Below are positions 29,570 to 44,834 of a stretch of 63,659 nt of DNA, piece after piece. The stretch comes from Lentisphaeria bacterium (lineage in GTDB: Bacteria; Verrucomicrobiota; Lentisphaeria; JABSQK01; JAWLHB01). A model generated the notes under the pieces. The model saw only the letters and a list, made by a program, of their open reading frames with translations, did not search any database and was not told the DNA's origin. The translations under genes and the position numbers were made by a program. The stretch is taken from positions 1 to 63,659 of the forward strand of contig JAWLHB010000048.1 of NCBI GenBank assembly GCA_041690595.1, written 5' to 3'. How positions within the stretch are numbered: position 1 is the first letter of the stretch; each line of letters starts with the position of its first letter.

Positions 29570-31132
29570 ATGAATGTCATCGTGATTCTGTGTGACACCC
29601 TGCGGCGAGATCATTGCGGCGCGTATACGGGCGGCAAGCCGCTCAATCAGTGCTGGAGTGAGGAAGCGCCCGAGTGGTCGGTGCCCACTCCCAACATGGA
29701 GCGGCTGGCCCAGCGCGGCACGGTCTTCGAGAACTGCTGGTGCGGCTCGACACCCTGCATGCCCGCGCGCCGCGACATTCATACCGGCCGGCTCGAGTTC
29801 CTGGAGCGGGGCTGGGGACCGCTGGAAGAAGGAGATGCCGATCTTCCACGCCAGGTATCCGGACCGCCGAATACCTCCATCACGGCCATACGCGAGCAGG
29901 GGCGCTCCGTCAGCTACCTGGTTTCGGACCACTTCCATCTGTGGGAGCAGGGTTCGGGCAACTACCATATGGGCTACAGCGGCTTCCAGTTCATTCGCGG
30001 CATCGAATCGGATGGCCTCTATACGGACCCCATCGAGCCGGGACGGGATTTCACCTGTCCGGAAAGCGCTGCCCGTGGCAAGTGCGAACGGCACTGGCGT
30101 AACATGCACTTCGATCGGCACGAGGAGGCTGACTGGACCTGCGCCCGCACCTTTCGCACGGCCGCCGACTGGCTGCGCCGCAATCGCGACCATCAGGACT
30201 TCTTCCTCCATATCGACTGCTTTCCGCCGCACGAACCGCTCGATCCGCCCGAAGAAATTCTCAAACTCTTCTGGCCCGACGGCTATGGCAATCCCGAGGA
30301 CAATGCGGACAACTGGCCCTACGCCAAGTGGGCCGAGGCCGGGCTCACCGAGCGCCAGATGAACTTCACCCGCGCCCGCTATGCCGCTAACGTGGTGCTC
30401 GTCGACCGCTGGCTCGGCCATCTGCTCGATACGATGGATGATCTGGATCTGTGGAAGGAGACGCTGGTCATCTTCACGACGGATCATGGGACCTACAACG
30501 GCGATCATGGCCGCGTCGGCAAGCTTCAGACGCACAATCACGATGCGGTTGCCCATATTCCCTTCATCGCCTGCCATCCGAAGTATGGTCACGGCGAGCG
30601 TCGGTCGCAACTTGTTCAGCTGGTCGATATCTATCCCATGGTCCTTGCGGCCACCGGCTCCAGGTTTCCCGCGGCTCCGCTGCACGGCATCGACCTGTTG
30701 CCCGTGATTCAAGATCCCGGCGCGCCAACCCGGGACTACGCCGTTGCCGGCATGTTCGGGGGGAGCATGACCATTACCGACGGCCGCTGGGTGCTCCATC
30801 AACCTCCGGGTCCAGACAACCAACCGCTCAACTGGTATGGCTATCACCTGGCCCGCTTTATCCCCTATCCGCTGGGAGATTTCGCCGACGGCTGCCGCCC
30901 GGTTGGGAACCACCAATCTTATATGTCCGGGCCCCTCTGGCTCAGCGATCGCCAGGCGGATCCCAATGAGCTGCGGAACATGGCCGCCTCTCATCCGGGG
31001 GAGGTGGCCCGCTTGCAAGAAGCCCTCCGTCACGAGCTTCAGCGTCTTGAGGCGCCTCCCGAGCAGCTCCTCCGGCTCGATCTCAGCCGCCGGGAGACAT
31101 CAGATCCGCACGCCAGTTGTTGCCCAGCTTGA
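29570..31132 (+). CDS. Sulfatase (Cys-type)
   Basis: [13 protein letters not shown] (CxPxR), PHEP, TDHG, DP.E..N. Confidence 0.93.
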   Translation: MNVIVILCDTLRRDHCGAYTGGKPLNQCWSEEAPEWSVPTPNMERLAQRGTVFENCWCGSTPCMPARRDIHTGRLEFLERGWGPLEEGDADLPRQVSGPPNTSITAIREQGRSVSYLVSDHFHLWEQGSGNYHMGYSGFQFIRGIESDGLYTDPIEPGRDFTCPESAARGKCERHWRNMHFDRHEEADWTCARTFRTAADWLRRNRDHQDFFLHIDCFPPHEPLDPPEEILKLFWPDGYGNPEDNADNWPYAKWAEAGLTERQMNFTRARYAANVVLVDRWLGHLLDTMDDLDLWKETLVIFTTDHGTYNGDHGRVGKLQTHNHDAVAHIPFIACHPKYGHGERRSQLVQLVDIYPMVLAATGSRFPAAPLHGIDLLPVIQDPGAPTRDYAVAGMFGGSMTITDGRWVLHQPPGPDNQPLNWYGYHLARFIPYPLGDFADGCRPVGNHQSYMSGPLWLSDRQADPNELRNMAASHPGEVARLQEALRHELQRLEAPPEQLLRLDLSRRETSDPHASCCPA

Positions 31133-31742
31133 AGTTACGGGCGATATCACCCGTGACATGGCCGTCAATCCAGGCGAAGTTTGTTCTTCCCGCGTGGGGC
31201 GTGGCGACTACTTGGTAGCCGTAGTTCTCCAGCGTATGATTCGTCCAGAAACCACGGTCAAACCAGGCATTGCTGCTTTCGGTGAGGTGGATTTTGCGTT
31301 CCGCATTGAGGATCATCGAGTCGCGCGCGGGCGGATAGGCGGGTGACGAGTTGCCCGTGACCGTGCGAAGATTGACCAGATAGTCTCCGTTGCGCCCTTC
31401 ATTGGTCGGGCAGCCGAGCGCCAGCATGTTGAGACCGCTCTTTGGCGTATACTCGCGAAGCCCGCCGGTCACCGTGTTCCAGTACGCCCCCGCGGCTTCA
31501 TAGATACCGCTCGTGCCCCGGTAAGGGAAGAACCAGCCGTCGTTGTCGTCACGATACAACTGGGACATCATCCCGATCTGCTTGAGGTTGTTCAGGCACT
31601 CGATCTGTTGCGCTTTGCCGCGTGCCTTGCTCAACGCCGGCAAGAGCAGCGAGGCAAGAATGGCGATGATCGCCACCACCACCAATAGTTCGATCAGGGT
31701 GAAGCGGTAGTGGCCCGTTGACGGCGATGTGAAGGTAGCCAT
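31083..31742 (-). CDS. Prepilin-type N-terminal cleavage/methylation protein with H-X9-DG motif
   Basis: [42 protein letters not shown]. Confidence 0.92.
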   Translation of the reverse strand: MATFTSPSTGHYRFTLIELLVVVAIIAILASLLLPALSKARGKAQQIECLNNLKQIGMMSQLYRDDNDGWFFPYRGTSGIYEAAGAYWNTVTGGLREYTPKSGLNMLALGCPTNEGRNGDYLVNLRTVTGNSSPAYPPARDSMILNAERKIHLTESSNAWFDRGFWTNHTLENYGYQVVATPHAGRTNFAWIDGHVTGDIARNFKLGNNWRADLMSPGG

Positions 31743-31781
31743 GGCACGGTGACTCCTGGTGAGCGGTTATTGGTGTGCTGC

Positions 31782-32804
31782 TCAGGGAATCGCGGGATCG
31801 CGGATGATGTTGTGATCCAGGCTGATGTTTTCCTCGGGTCCATCGGTCTCGATCAGCACCTGACCGGCGCTCAGCTTCACCGCGGCGCGATTGTCGTACG
31901 CATGCAGCTTGGATCCATTGACGATTTCGATGAGCGCGGCGTTGTGGTTGGCATTGATCTGGTTGCCCCTGAGAGCGAGCTGTCCGTTGTGCTCCCCCGG
32001 CAGCTGATCCGGAGCGAGGCGAATCATCGGCTTCTCGCCGTTGCCTCCGTTCCCCTCGAAGTACGACCCTTCGACGGTGCCGACATAGAGATCCAGAAGC
32101 TCCAGAACGCCGCCGGTATTCCCTTCAAAGTCACAATCGCGGATATTGACCGGGCTCCCCTCGATCTGGATCGCCCAGTCGCGGCAGGCCCGGAAGGTGG
32201 AGTCGTAGATGTTGACGAGGTTGCTGCGATTGAGGCTGGCGGGTCGTCTTGGCGAGCGACCGCGGATGCCGTAGCCACAGGCAGTGAAGTGGCAGCGGTC
32301 AAAGGTCGCGATCTGGATCGGGTCGCCGCTGACGCCCGCGTCGCAGTGATGGAAGGCGCAATTCAGGAAATAGGTCACCGCCATCGAGGGATCCCCGGCT
32401 ACGCCGACCGACGCGTCGGTGAAGGTGATGCCCACAATGGTCAGCGAATAGACGGGCTTTCTGGTCAGAAAGATGGGCTTGCGCTCAGCGCCTTCCGCGG
32501 GGGTTGTACCAGGCTTGGTTCCGGCCGGGCTTCCGCGCAGGATCACATTCCCGGCATGAAAGGGGTTGGTCGAGGTGACGGTCAGCCCGTTGGTTGTCAG
32601 CGTCACCGGGGAAGCGATCCAATACGTTCCCGGTGGGATCCGCAGCACCTTGTCCGTGGCAATGGCATCATTCACCGCTTTCTGGAGCAATGCCGATACG
32701 TCCTCCTTGCCGCTGGTATCTGGAGAGTAAGTGCTGAAAACGGTCGCCCGCGCGGCAATCGCGAAGAGGAAGGTGAGGGACCAGATGGAAAGCTGGTGAT
32801 ACAT
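31782..32804 (-). CDS. Secreted right-handed beta-helix (pectate-lyase-like) protein
   Basis: Signal peptide; GKEDVSALLQKAV..IPPGTY; periodic I.DC.FE repeats. Confidence 0.7.
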   Translation of the reverse strand: MYHQLSIWSLTFLFAIAARATVFSTYSPDTSGKEDVSALLQKAVNDAIATDKVLRIPPGTYWIASPVTLTTNGLTVTSTNPFHAGNVILRGSPAGTKPGTTPAEGAERKPIFLTRKPVYSLTIVGITFTDASVGVAGDPSMAVTYFLNCAFHHCDAGVSGDPIQIATFDRCHFTACGYGIRGRSPRRPASLNRSNLVNIYDSTFRACRDWAIQIEGSPVNIRDCDFEGNTGGVLELLDLYVGTVEGSYFEGNGGNGEKPMIRLAPDQLPGEHNGQLALRGNQINANHNAALIEIVNGSKLHAYDNRAAVKLSAGQVLIETDGPEENISLDHNIIRDPAIP

Positions 32805-32853
32805 GACGAGCTCCTATGAAGATAAGATAGTCGCTTCTGGAGGCGCCTGCCTG

Positions 32854-33312
32854 CTATTTCTTTTCCGCCTTTGCATAAAGGTCTTTGGGTGCCTCCGCAT
32901 AGTACTTGAACAATCCGGGGCAGAGCCAGCCTTCCGCGTCATACTGCTCGCAGTAGTACCAGTTGCCCGTTGAATCCGCGCGTCGCCAACTCAATTTCAC
33001 CATGTGGCCCGGGAATGGCTGCGTCGAAAAGAGAAGCCGAAAGCCTTTGTCCGCATCCGGGATTTCCTTTACCATGGTGTCGATCATTTCAGGAATACCC
33101 GACACAAACGGTTCCCGCTTCAGTCCCACCGCCGCGTCGTCAAAAACCCAGGTTCCCTGGTACTTGTAGGGTGCGATCACCATCAGGGAATTGGAAGGAC
33201 GATAGAAGCCGAGCGGCTGAAATACCCCGTACCGGTAGGCCACGATGCCTGCCAACACCAGCAGCGCCAGAGTCAAGGCCGCGATACGCCCGATCCTGAT
33301 CTTCCCTTTCAC
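32854..33312 (-). CDS. DUF6717-like protein with N-terminal membrane anchor
   Basis: NSLMVIAPYKYQGTWVFDD..REPFVSG..GWLCPGLFKY; probable GTG start. Confidence 0.7.
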   Translation of the reverse strand: MKGKIRIGRIAALTLALLVLAGIVAYRYGVFQPLGFYRPSNSLMVIAPYKYQGTWVFDDAAVGLKREPFVSGIPEMIDTMVKEIPDADKGFRLLFSTQPFPGHMVKLSWRRADSTGNWYYCEQYDAEGWLCPGLFKYYAEAPKDLYAKAEKK

Positions 33313-33443
33313 CTTCGCACCCTCGCCTTTGAGATTGCTTGACAACCACTCGCCCTGCTCCGAAGATGACACAGCATTTTTCAGTTGCAAGCGGGCAACT
33401 GAAACGACCCGCGGAGGCCGAATTGCAGTATAGTAACCATCCT

Positions 33444-38969
<5,526 letters not shown>

Positions 38970-38999
38970 CCCGCGAACCGTCAACCCCGATTTTTCGCC

Positions 39000-40037
39000 A
39001 TGTCTACATCGCTGTCTCCGCCTGACTTCAGCCCCTCCGTGAATCATCGCCATATCATGGAAGGAACCAGCCCGTCCATGGCCTTCGACGGCGGCGACAT
39101 TCAGGCATGGCAGCGCCGTCTGCGACGCAAAGTGCGCGGCTTGTTGGGCGATATGCCGCGGGAGCGGGCGCCGCTGGAGGTCAGGGAAGTGTGGAGCCGT
39201 CGCCATCCTCTGGGACGGATCGAGAAGATCGTCTTCAGCGCCGAGCCTCACTGCGACGTGCCCGCCTATGTCTGTCTGCCCAAGGACGTCACGCCACCGC
39301 TGCCCTTCATGATTTGCCTGCAAGGACATTCGACCGGCATGCACAACTCCATCGGCGTCTGCCGGGAAGACGAAAGCAGGGCGCTGGAAGTCGACGGAGA
39401 TCGTGACTTCGCGATCGGTTGCCTGCGGCGCGGTATCGCGGCTCTCTGCATCGAGCAGCGCTCCCTCGGCGAACGTTCAGAGAAGGTCCAGGCGCGCGTT
39501 TCTGCACAAAATGGCTGTCACGATGCTTTCGTGCAGGCCCTCATGCTGGGCCGGACTCTTCTGGGAGAGCGCGTGTACGATGTCGATCGGGGAGTGGATT
39601 ACCTGGCCTCGCGCGGCGACGTCGACATGCGGCGAATCGGCATCATGGGCAACTCTGGGGGAGGAACGACCGGCATCTATGCGGCCGCGCTCCTGCCCCG
39701 CCTCTCCTTCGCCATGCCCTCCTGCTCCTTCTGCACCTACAGCCACTCCAAGATGGCCCTCTACCATTGCGCCTGTGGCTATCTGCCGAGCATCCTCAAG
39801 TATGCCGAGATGGCCGATGTCATGGGCCTCTTCGCGCCTCGCCCCGTGGTCATTGTGGCTGGGCGCGATGACGAGATCATCCCGCTGGCAGGCGTGCAGG
39901 CCGCCTTTCGGCAACTGCGGAATATCTACCGTGCCGCCGACGCCGAAGAGCATTGCCATCTGGTGATCGGCAATCAGGGGCATCGCTTCTATGCCGACGA
40001 CGCCTGGCCCATCATGCTGAAGGAGATGACCTCCTGA
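39000..40037 (+). CDS. Alpha/beta hydrolase (acetylxylan-esterase/Abhydrolase_7-like)
   Basis: GNSGGG nucleophile elbow, GRDD, GHRFY. Confidence 0.85.
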   Translation: MSTSLSPPDFSPSVNHRHIMEGTSPSMAFDGGDIQAWQRRLRRKVRGLLGDMPRERAPLEVREVWSRRHPLGRIEKIVFSAEPHCDVPAYVCLPKDVTPPLPFMICLQGHSTGMHNSIGVCREDESRALEVDGDRDFAIGCLRRGIAALCIEQRSLGERSEKVQARVSAQNGCHDAFVQALMLGRTLLGERVYDVDRGVDYLASRGDVDMRRIGIMGNSGGGTTGIYAAALLPRLSFAMPSCSFCTYSHSKMALYHCACGYLPSILKYAEMADVMGLFAPRPVVIVAGRDDEIIPLAGVQAAFRQLRNIYRAADAEEHCHLVIGNQGHRFYADDAWPIMLKEMTS

Positions 40038-40126
40038 CGCAATCAAGGTTGCGATCGGGAGCATGCAGCCGCTATAGTTTTTCATGGGGGATGCCCTTTA
40101 CCTGACACACATAACGAGAGCTGCAC

Positions 40127-40741
40127 ATGAAGATCCTGGTTGTTTATTATTCCATGTACGGACATGTCCTTCAGCTGGCGCGGGCCGTTGAAGAAGGAGC
40201 AAAATCGGTGGCAGGCGCAGAGGTGATCTTCCGACGGGTCGCGGAATTCGAGGAGGTCATCCGGAAAACCGCCGATAACGACTTCATTGTGAAAATCCGC
40301 GAGGAGCAGGCAGATGTACCCGTCTGTACGGTTGACGACCTGCGGCAGGCGGATGGCATCCTCTTCGGGTCGCCCACCCGCTACGGCAACATGACCGCGC
40401 AGATGAAGCAGTTGATCGACTCCACCGCCAGCCTCTGGCTCAACGGTGAGATGGAAGGCAAGCCGGCCGGCCTCTTCACCTCGACAGCCTCGACGCACGG
40501 CGGCCAGGAGACCACGTTGCTCACCATGATGGTCCCCCTCATTCACCTTGGCATGGTCATTGTCGGCGTCCCTTACTCGACGGAAGGGATGATCCATACG
40601 GAGGCGCGCGGCGGCACGCCATACGGTGCATCGACCATCGCGGGGCCGAAGGGCGAGCTGCAGCCGACGCCGGAGGATCTCGCCATCGCCCGCACGCTGG
40701 GCGCACGGGTCGCCCGGATCACCGCCAAACTCCGCGGCTGA
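40127..40741 (+). CDS. wrbA: NAD(P)H:quinone oxidoreductase WrbA
   Basis: YYSMYGH, GSPTRYGNM, HGGQETT, GGTPYGAS. Confidence 0.95.
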   Translation: MKILVVYYSMYGHVLQLARAVEEGAKSVAGAEVIFRRVAEFEEVIRKTADNDFIVKIREEQADVPVCTVDDLRQADGILFGSPTRYGNMTAQMKQLIDSTASLWLNGEMEGKPAGLFTSTASTHGGQETTLLTMMVPLIHLGMVIVGVPYSTEGMIHTEARGGTPYGASTIAGPKGELQPTPEDLAIARTLGARVARITAKLRG

Positions 40742-40801
40742 ACCGACCAGCGATCACCAACTTCCACAACCTGGCGACGACGGCTTGCTTTCGGAATCAA
40801 T

Positions 40802-40817
40802 TTGCCTATATTACCAA
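40802..40817 (+). promoter_or_regulatory. Putative ArsR operator, box 1
   Basis: Imperfect palindrome TTGCCTATATTACCAA upstream of the ArsR gene; related box at 41201. Confidence 0.5.
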
Positions 40818-40839
40818 ATAGATGGAGGATTCTGGCGCT

Positions 40840-41163
40840 ATGACGGACGTTGACAGGCAACGATATGAAGCGAGGGCCGCAGTGATCAAGGCCCTGGGCC
40901 ATCCCAGTCGACTGATGATGGTGGATGAACTGGCGAAGGGGGAGCGGTGCGTCTGCGACCTGCAGACGATTGTCGGCAGCGACATGTCCACCGTCTCCAA
41001 GCACCTTTCTGTGCTCAGATCGGCGGGAATCGTCGAAGACGACAAGCGGGGGCTGCAAGTCTTTTACCGGTTGCGGGTGCCGTGCATCCTCAACTTCTTC
41101 GGCTGTGTCGAGGCGGTACTGAAGGAGCAGGCACGGGCTGCACAGGCAGCACTGCGAAGCTGA
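40840..41163 (+). CDS. arsR: ArsR/SmtB-family metalloregulator
   Basis: KALGHPSRL, ERCVCDL (alpha3 cysteines), STVSKHLSVL, PCILNFFGC. Confidence 0.9.
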   Translation: MTDVDRQRYEARAAVIKALGHPSRLMMVDELAKGERCVCDLQTIVGSDMSTVSKHLSVLRSAGIVEDDKRGLQVFYRLRVPCILNFFGCVEAVLKEQARAAQAALRS

Positions 41164-41200
41164 TGTCGGCCGCCGCGGGGAACCTCGGCGGAACTTTTAC

Positions 41201-41216
41201 TTGGCTACATGGTCAA
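41201..41216 (+). promoter_or_regulatory. Putative ArsR operator, box 2
   Basis: TTGGCTACATGGTCAA, 11/16 identical to box 1, just before the next gene. Confidence 0.45.
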
Positions 41217-41238
41217 CAAGAAAGTGGAGAAACAAGCG

Positions 41239-41472
41239 ATGACGAAGATTCAGGTCCTGGGAACGGGCTGTCCCAAGTGCAAGAAGCTGGCGGATGCGGC
41301 AGAGAGTGCCGCCAAGGCTGCCGGCATCGACTACACGATCGAGAAGGTGACGGACATCAACGACATCATGGCTTTCGGCGTAATGATGACCCCCGCTCTG
41401 GTTATTGACGGGGAAGTCAAGACCGTGGGCAAGGTGCCGCCGGTGGAAGAGATTCAGAAGATGCTGGCCTGA
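41239..41472 (+). CDS. Small redox-active disulfide protein (MTH895/TM0996-type thioredoxin)
   Basis: KIQVLGTGCPKC, GVMMTPALVIDG. Confidence 0.92.
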   Translation: MTKIQVLGTGCPKCKKLADAAESAAKAAGIDYTIEKVTDINDIMAFGVMMTPALVIDGEVKTVGKVPPVEEIQKMLA

Positions 41473-41507
41473 CCAGTCAAACTCACATGCAATGGAGGAA
41501 GGGTGAG

Positions 41508-41903
41508 ATGAGTACGCAAGCACAGGGAACAGGTTGCTGTGGCGGAACGACGCTGATTTTCTCCTGCTCCGGCGCGGCGGATGTGGGCGCGGTCGCTGAC
41601 CGTGCCGCACGCAAGCTGACGCTGGACGGTGCCGGACGCATGTTCTGCCTGGCCGGTGTCGGCGGGCGGGTTCCGGGCATCATGAAGACCACCGAGGCGG
41701 CGGACAAGATTCTGGCGATCGATGGTTGCCCGCTGAACTGCGCGAAGGCCTGCCTCGAGCAGGCTGGGTTCACCAGCTTCACCCACCTGCAACTGGCCGA
41801 TCTGGGCATGCAGAAGGGGAAGACGGCGGTTGAGGAGAGCAGCATCGCCACGGTGGCGGCCAAGGGGGCCGAGCTGCTGGGCGGCGCCACCTGCTGTGGC
41901 TGA
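41508..41903 (+). CDS. DGC-domain putative zinc-binding protein
   Basis: SCSGAADVG, FCLAGVG, IDGCPLNCA. Confidence 0.9.
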   Translation: MSTQAQGTGCCGGTTLIFSCSGAADVGAVADRAARKLTLDGAGRMFCLAGVGGRVPGIMKTTEAADKILAIDGCPLNCAKACLEQAGFTSFTHLQLADLGMQKGKTAVEESSIATVAAKGAELLGGATCCG

Positions 41904-41985
41904 ACGGGGATGGCGTAGCGACAGGCAGGGGAATCACCTGTCGCTCGATTGTGCGGCATGAACACTCAGTGGAGAGGTGATGGAG

Positions 41986-43191
41986 ATGGGAAAGTGGAAC
42001 CGAATGATTGTGGTCGTGCTGTTGTGCGGTGCCTGCACGGCTGGAGCCGGGGATAGACTGCCGGCGCTCCTTGATTTTGGCTCGAAAGCCTGCATACCGT
42101 GCAAGATGATGGCCCCTGTTCTGGAGGGGATGAATGACGCGTTTGCCGGTGTGCTCGACGTCGAGTTCATCGATGTCGGTCTCAAGGAGAATGTGACCAG
42201 AGCCAGGGAGTACAAGATCGCCACCATCCCGACGCAGATCTTTCTGGACGCGACCGGCAAGGAGCTTTGGCGCCATGAAGGGTTCATTACCCGCTACGGC
42301 ATGCTAACCAAGTGGCGGGAACTCGGTTTCGACTTTGCAAAGGCGGCTCTCGATTCCCCGCTGAAGCGCTACGAGGTGACCGCCGAGGCACCTGCCGGCC
42401 CCATCTGCTTCATGTGCGATGCACCCATCGCCGCGGATCAGGCGGTAACGGTGCCGAGCGACAAGGGGGAGGTGCGGATCTGCGGCGTTCATCATTACTT
42501 CGTGATGCTCTCCTGCCTGGAGAAGGAACTGGCCGAGACTGAGGAGCGCGCCACGGTCGCGGCGGCCGATACGGGCCAGCCGGTTCCCATGCGTCAGGCG
42601 ATCTTCCTGGTGGGGGCGGACGAAACGAGCGGCCGGCCATGGATCGCGGCATTTGCCGGGCGTGCGGCGGCGGAGACCGCGCGCGCCACCAAAGGGGGCA
42701 GCCTGCTGGGCTACGATACGCTCAAACGACAGGAGATGACGGCTCGCTGCGGTTTCTGCGACCGGGCGATGTATGTGCAGGATGGCGCCATCGTCAAGAT
42801 CGGTGGCATTCACAGCTTTGGCTGTTGCGCCCACTGTTCCATGGGCGTGGCTGCACGCACCGGGGGGGACATCGAGGTGCACGAGCAGGATCGGCTTACC
42901 GGCGAACCGGTGGTCATCCGCACCTTCGGGGGTTATGTCGTCTCCGTGGAACCGGCCACCGCCGTCGCCTGGTACGGAAAGAAGAAGGGGGCGAGCGGCA
43001 AGTGGGGCTCGGCCGGCTGTTTCCACCAGGGATTCTTCGTGAACGCGGAGAACCTTCGCCAGTGGCTGGAGGCGAATCCGCGGGAAACCGGTGAGCAGAT
43101 CAGCATCGACCAGTCGCTGGCGGACAAGATGGCAATGACACCGCAGCAGATCGCCAAGGCATGCAAGGTCGGGGAGTGCGCACCGAAATGA
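41986..43191 (+). CDS. Exported thioredoxin + NosL-like + MerB(alkylmercury lyase)-like multidomain protein
   Basis: Signal-like N-terminus; CIPC thioredoxin; CFMC..TGQPV..AIFLVG..AF..AAA..KGG.LL (NosL-like); CCAHC..TGEPV..VEPATAV..CFHQGFF..W (MerB-like). Confidence 0.7.
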   Translation: MGKWNRMIVVVLLCGACTAGAGDRLPALLDFGSKACIPCKMMAPVLEGMNDAFAGVLDVEFIDVGLKENVTRAREYKIATIPTQIFLDATGKELWRHEGFITRYGMLTKWRELGFDFAKAALDSPLKRYEVTAEAPAGPICFMCDAPIAADQAVTVPSDKGEVRICGVHHYFVMLSCLEKELAETEERATVAAADTGQPVPMRQAIFLVGADETSGRPWIAAFAGRAAAETARATKGGSLLGYDTLKRQEMTARCGFCDRAMYVQDGAIVKIGGIHSFGCCAHCSMGVAARTGGDIEVHEQDRLTGEPVVIRTFGGYVVSVEPATAVAWYGKKKGASGKWGSAGCFHQGFFVNAENLRQWLEANPRETGEQISIDQSLADKMAMTPQQIAKACKVGECAPK

Positions 43192-43649
43192 AGGTATGGA
43201 TTGGCCGGTTGCTCCTCTTTTTTGCCATCTTCACCCTGGGCTATGGTCTCGGCAAGGACTCCGCGGCCAGTCGCGCCACGACCGTGCCGCCGGCGCCCGT
43301 GGCGGCGGGAGAAGACAAGGTTCTCGTCTACTATCTGCATACGACCTTTCGCTGCGTCACCTGCAACAGTATCGAGCGGCAGGCACGAGAGCTTGTGGAG
43401 CGTGACTTCGCGGAAGAGGTCGCGACGGGTAAGGTCGAGTGGCACGCGGCCAACTTCCAGGAGCGCGAGGACCTGGCCAAGCGATACGAGATATCCGCCA
43501 GCACCCTGGTGATCGTCAGGATCGAGGATGGCGTGGAAGCGGAGTACCGGCGTCTGGATGATGTCTGGCAAGTCTTCGATCAGCCGGAGAAGTTCACTGC
43601 GTATGTCGGCGAAGCAATCCGCGACTACCTGCCGGAGGAGAGGCCATGA
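43188..43649 (+). CDS. ArsF-family thioredoxin-fold protein (membrane-anchored)
   Basis: VYYLHTTFRCVTCNSIE motif. Confidence 0.75.
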   Translation: MKVWIGRLLLFFAIFTLGYGLGKDSAASRATTVPPAPVAAGEDKVLVYYLHTTFRCVTCNSIERQARELVERDFAEEVATGKVEWHAANFQEREDLAKRYEISASTLVIVRIEDGVEAEYRRLDDVWQVFDQPEKFTAYVGEAIRDYLPEERP

Positions 43650-44344
43650 CTTTGTGGCTGGCGCTCGGCAGCGCCCTCTGGCTGGGCATCCTGACCTCGA
43701 TCAGTCCCTGTCCGTTGACCACCAACATCGCCGCGATCTCCTTCATCGGCCGACAGGTGGGCAAGCCCCGGCTGGTGATCTCGTCGGGGGTACTCTACGT
43801 CATCGGACGGACCTTGGCCTATGTGCTGCTGGCAATGTTGCTGCTTGCAGGGATGATGGCCAGCGATGTACTCTCGCGCTTCCTGCAGAAGTATCTGAAT
43901 CTGGTGCTCGGCCCCCTGCTGATCGTCATCGGCCTTATACTGCTGCAGATGATCGGCAGTGGGATCTCGCTCAACCTGGCTGGCGCTGGAATCCAACAGC
44001 GGGCGGCGAAGGGGGGAGCGTTCTGGGCGACAGCTCTGGGCTTCCTCTTCGCGCTAAGTTTCTGCCCGGTCTCGGCCGGCTTGTACTTTGGCGCGCTGCT
44101 GCCGTTGGCTGCTGGGCAGGAATCCCGGCTGCTGGTGCCGGGGCTGTATGGGATCGGCACGGCGCTGCCGGTCGTGGTCTTTGCGTTTCTCATCGCCTTT
44201 GGCGGCCAATACGTCGGCAAAGCCTTCAATAAACTCACCCATATCGAGCGCTGGGTACGGAGCGCGACGGGGGTGATCTTCATCCTCGCCGGCATCTATC
44301 TCAGCCTCACCCACGTCTACGGCATGCCATCGATCGCCTGGTAA
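43646..44344 (+). CDS. ArsG-family / CcdA-DsbD-like membrane protein
   Basis: LGILTSISPCPLTTNIAAISF; FALSFCP; about 6 TM segments. Confidence 0.8.
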   Translation: MTLWLALGSALWLGILTSISPCPLTTNIAAISFIGRQVGKPRLVISSGVLYVIGRTLAYVLLAMLLLAGMMASDVLSRFLQKYLNLVLGPLLIVIGLILLQMIGSGISLNLAGAGIQQRAAKGGAFWATALGFLFALSFCPVSAGLYFGALLPLAAGQESRLLVPGLYGIGTALPVVVFAFLIAFGGQYVGKAFNKLTHIERWVRSATGVIFILAGIYLSLTHVYGMPSIAW

Positions 44345-44377
44345 GATGGCACGCCATAAAAAAGCGGAGAGCACCCC

Positions 44378-44830
44378 ATGAAGCAGCCCAACATCCAACT
44401 TAGCGGACTGACTGTCGTCTTGGCACTCTGTCTGATTTTGCAGTGGGGTTGCGGACGAACGCCCGCGAGCGGCGGCGAACCAGAGGCCGCCACCAGTGTG
44501 CCGGAGGCCGTTGTACCTGCTCCGGGAGGCGGCTCCCTGCCGCGGTTGCTCGATCTGGGCGCGAAGCAGTGTGTGCCGTGCCGGATGATGGCTCCAATCC
44601 TGGAAGATCTGGCGACGAACCATGCAAGCCAATTCGAGACTGTCTTCATCGATGTGTGGGAGAATCCCGAGCCAGGGAAGGAACATAATGTCAGTGCCAT
44701 TCCGACCCAGATCTTCTTTGACGAAGGGGGCAAGGAACTCTTCCGACACGAGGGCTTTTACTCCAAGGAACAGATCCTGGCCAAATGGCGCGAACTCGGC
44801 TACGACTTCAGCCCATCCTCAGGAGGTTGA
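44378..44830 (+). CDS. Thioredoxin-family lipoprotein
   Basis: Lipobox-like QWGC; CVPC; IPTQIF..RHEGF, paralogous to the N-domain of 41986. Confidence 0.85.
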   Translation: MKQPNIQLSGLTVVLALCLILQWGCGRTPASGGEPEAATSVPEAVVPAPGGGSLPRLLDLGAKQCVPCRMMAPILEDLATNHASQFETVFIDVWENPEPGKEHNVSAIPTQIFFDEGGKELFRHEGFYSKEQILAKWRELGYDFSPSSGG

Positions 44831-44834
44831 CCGG

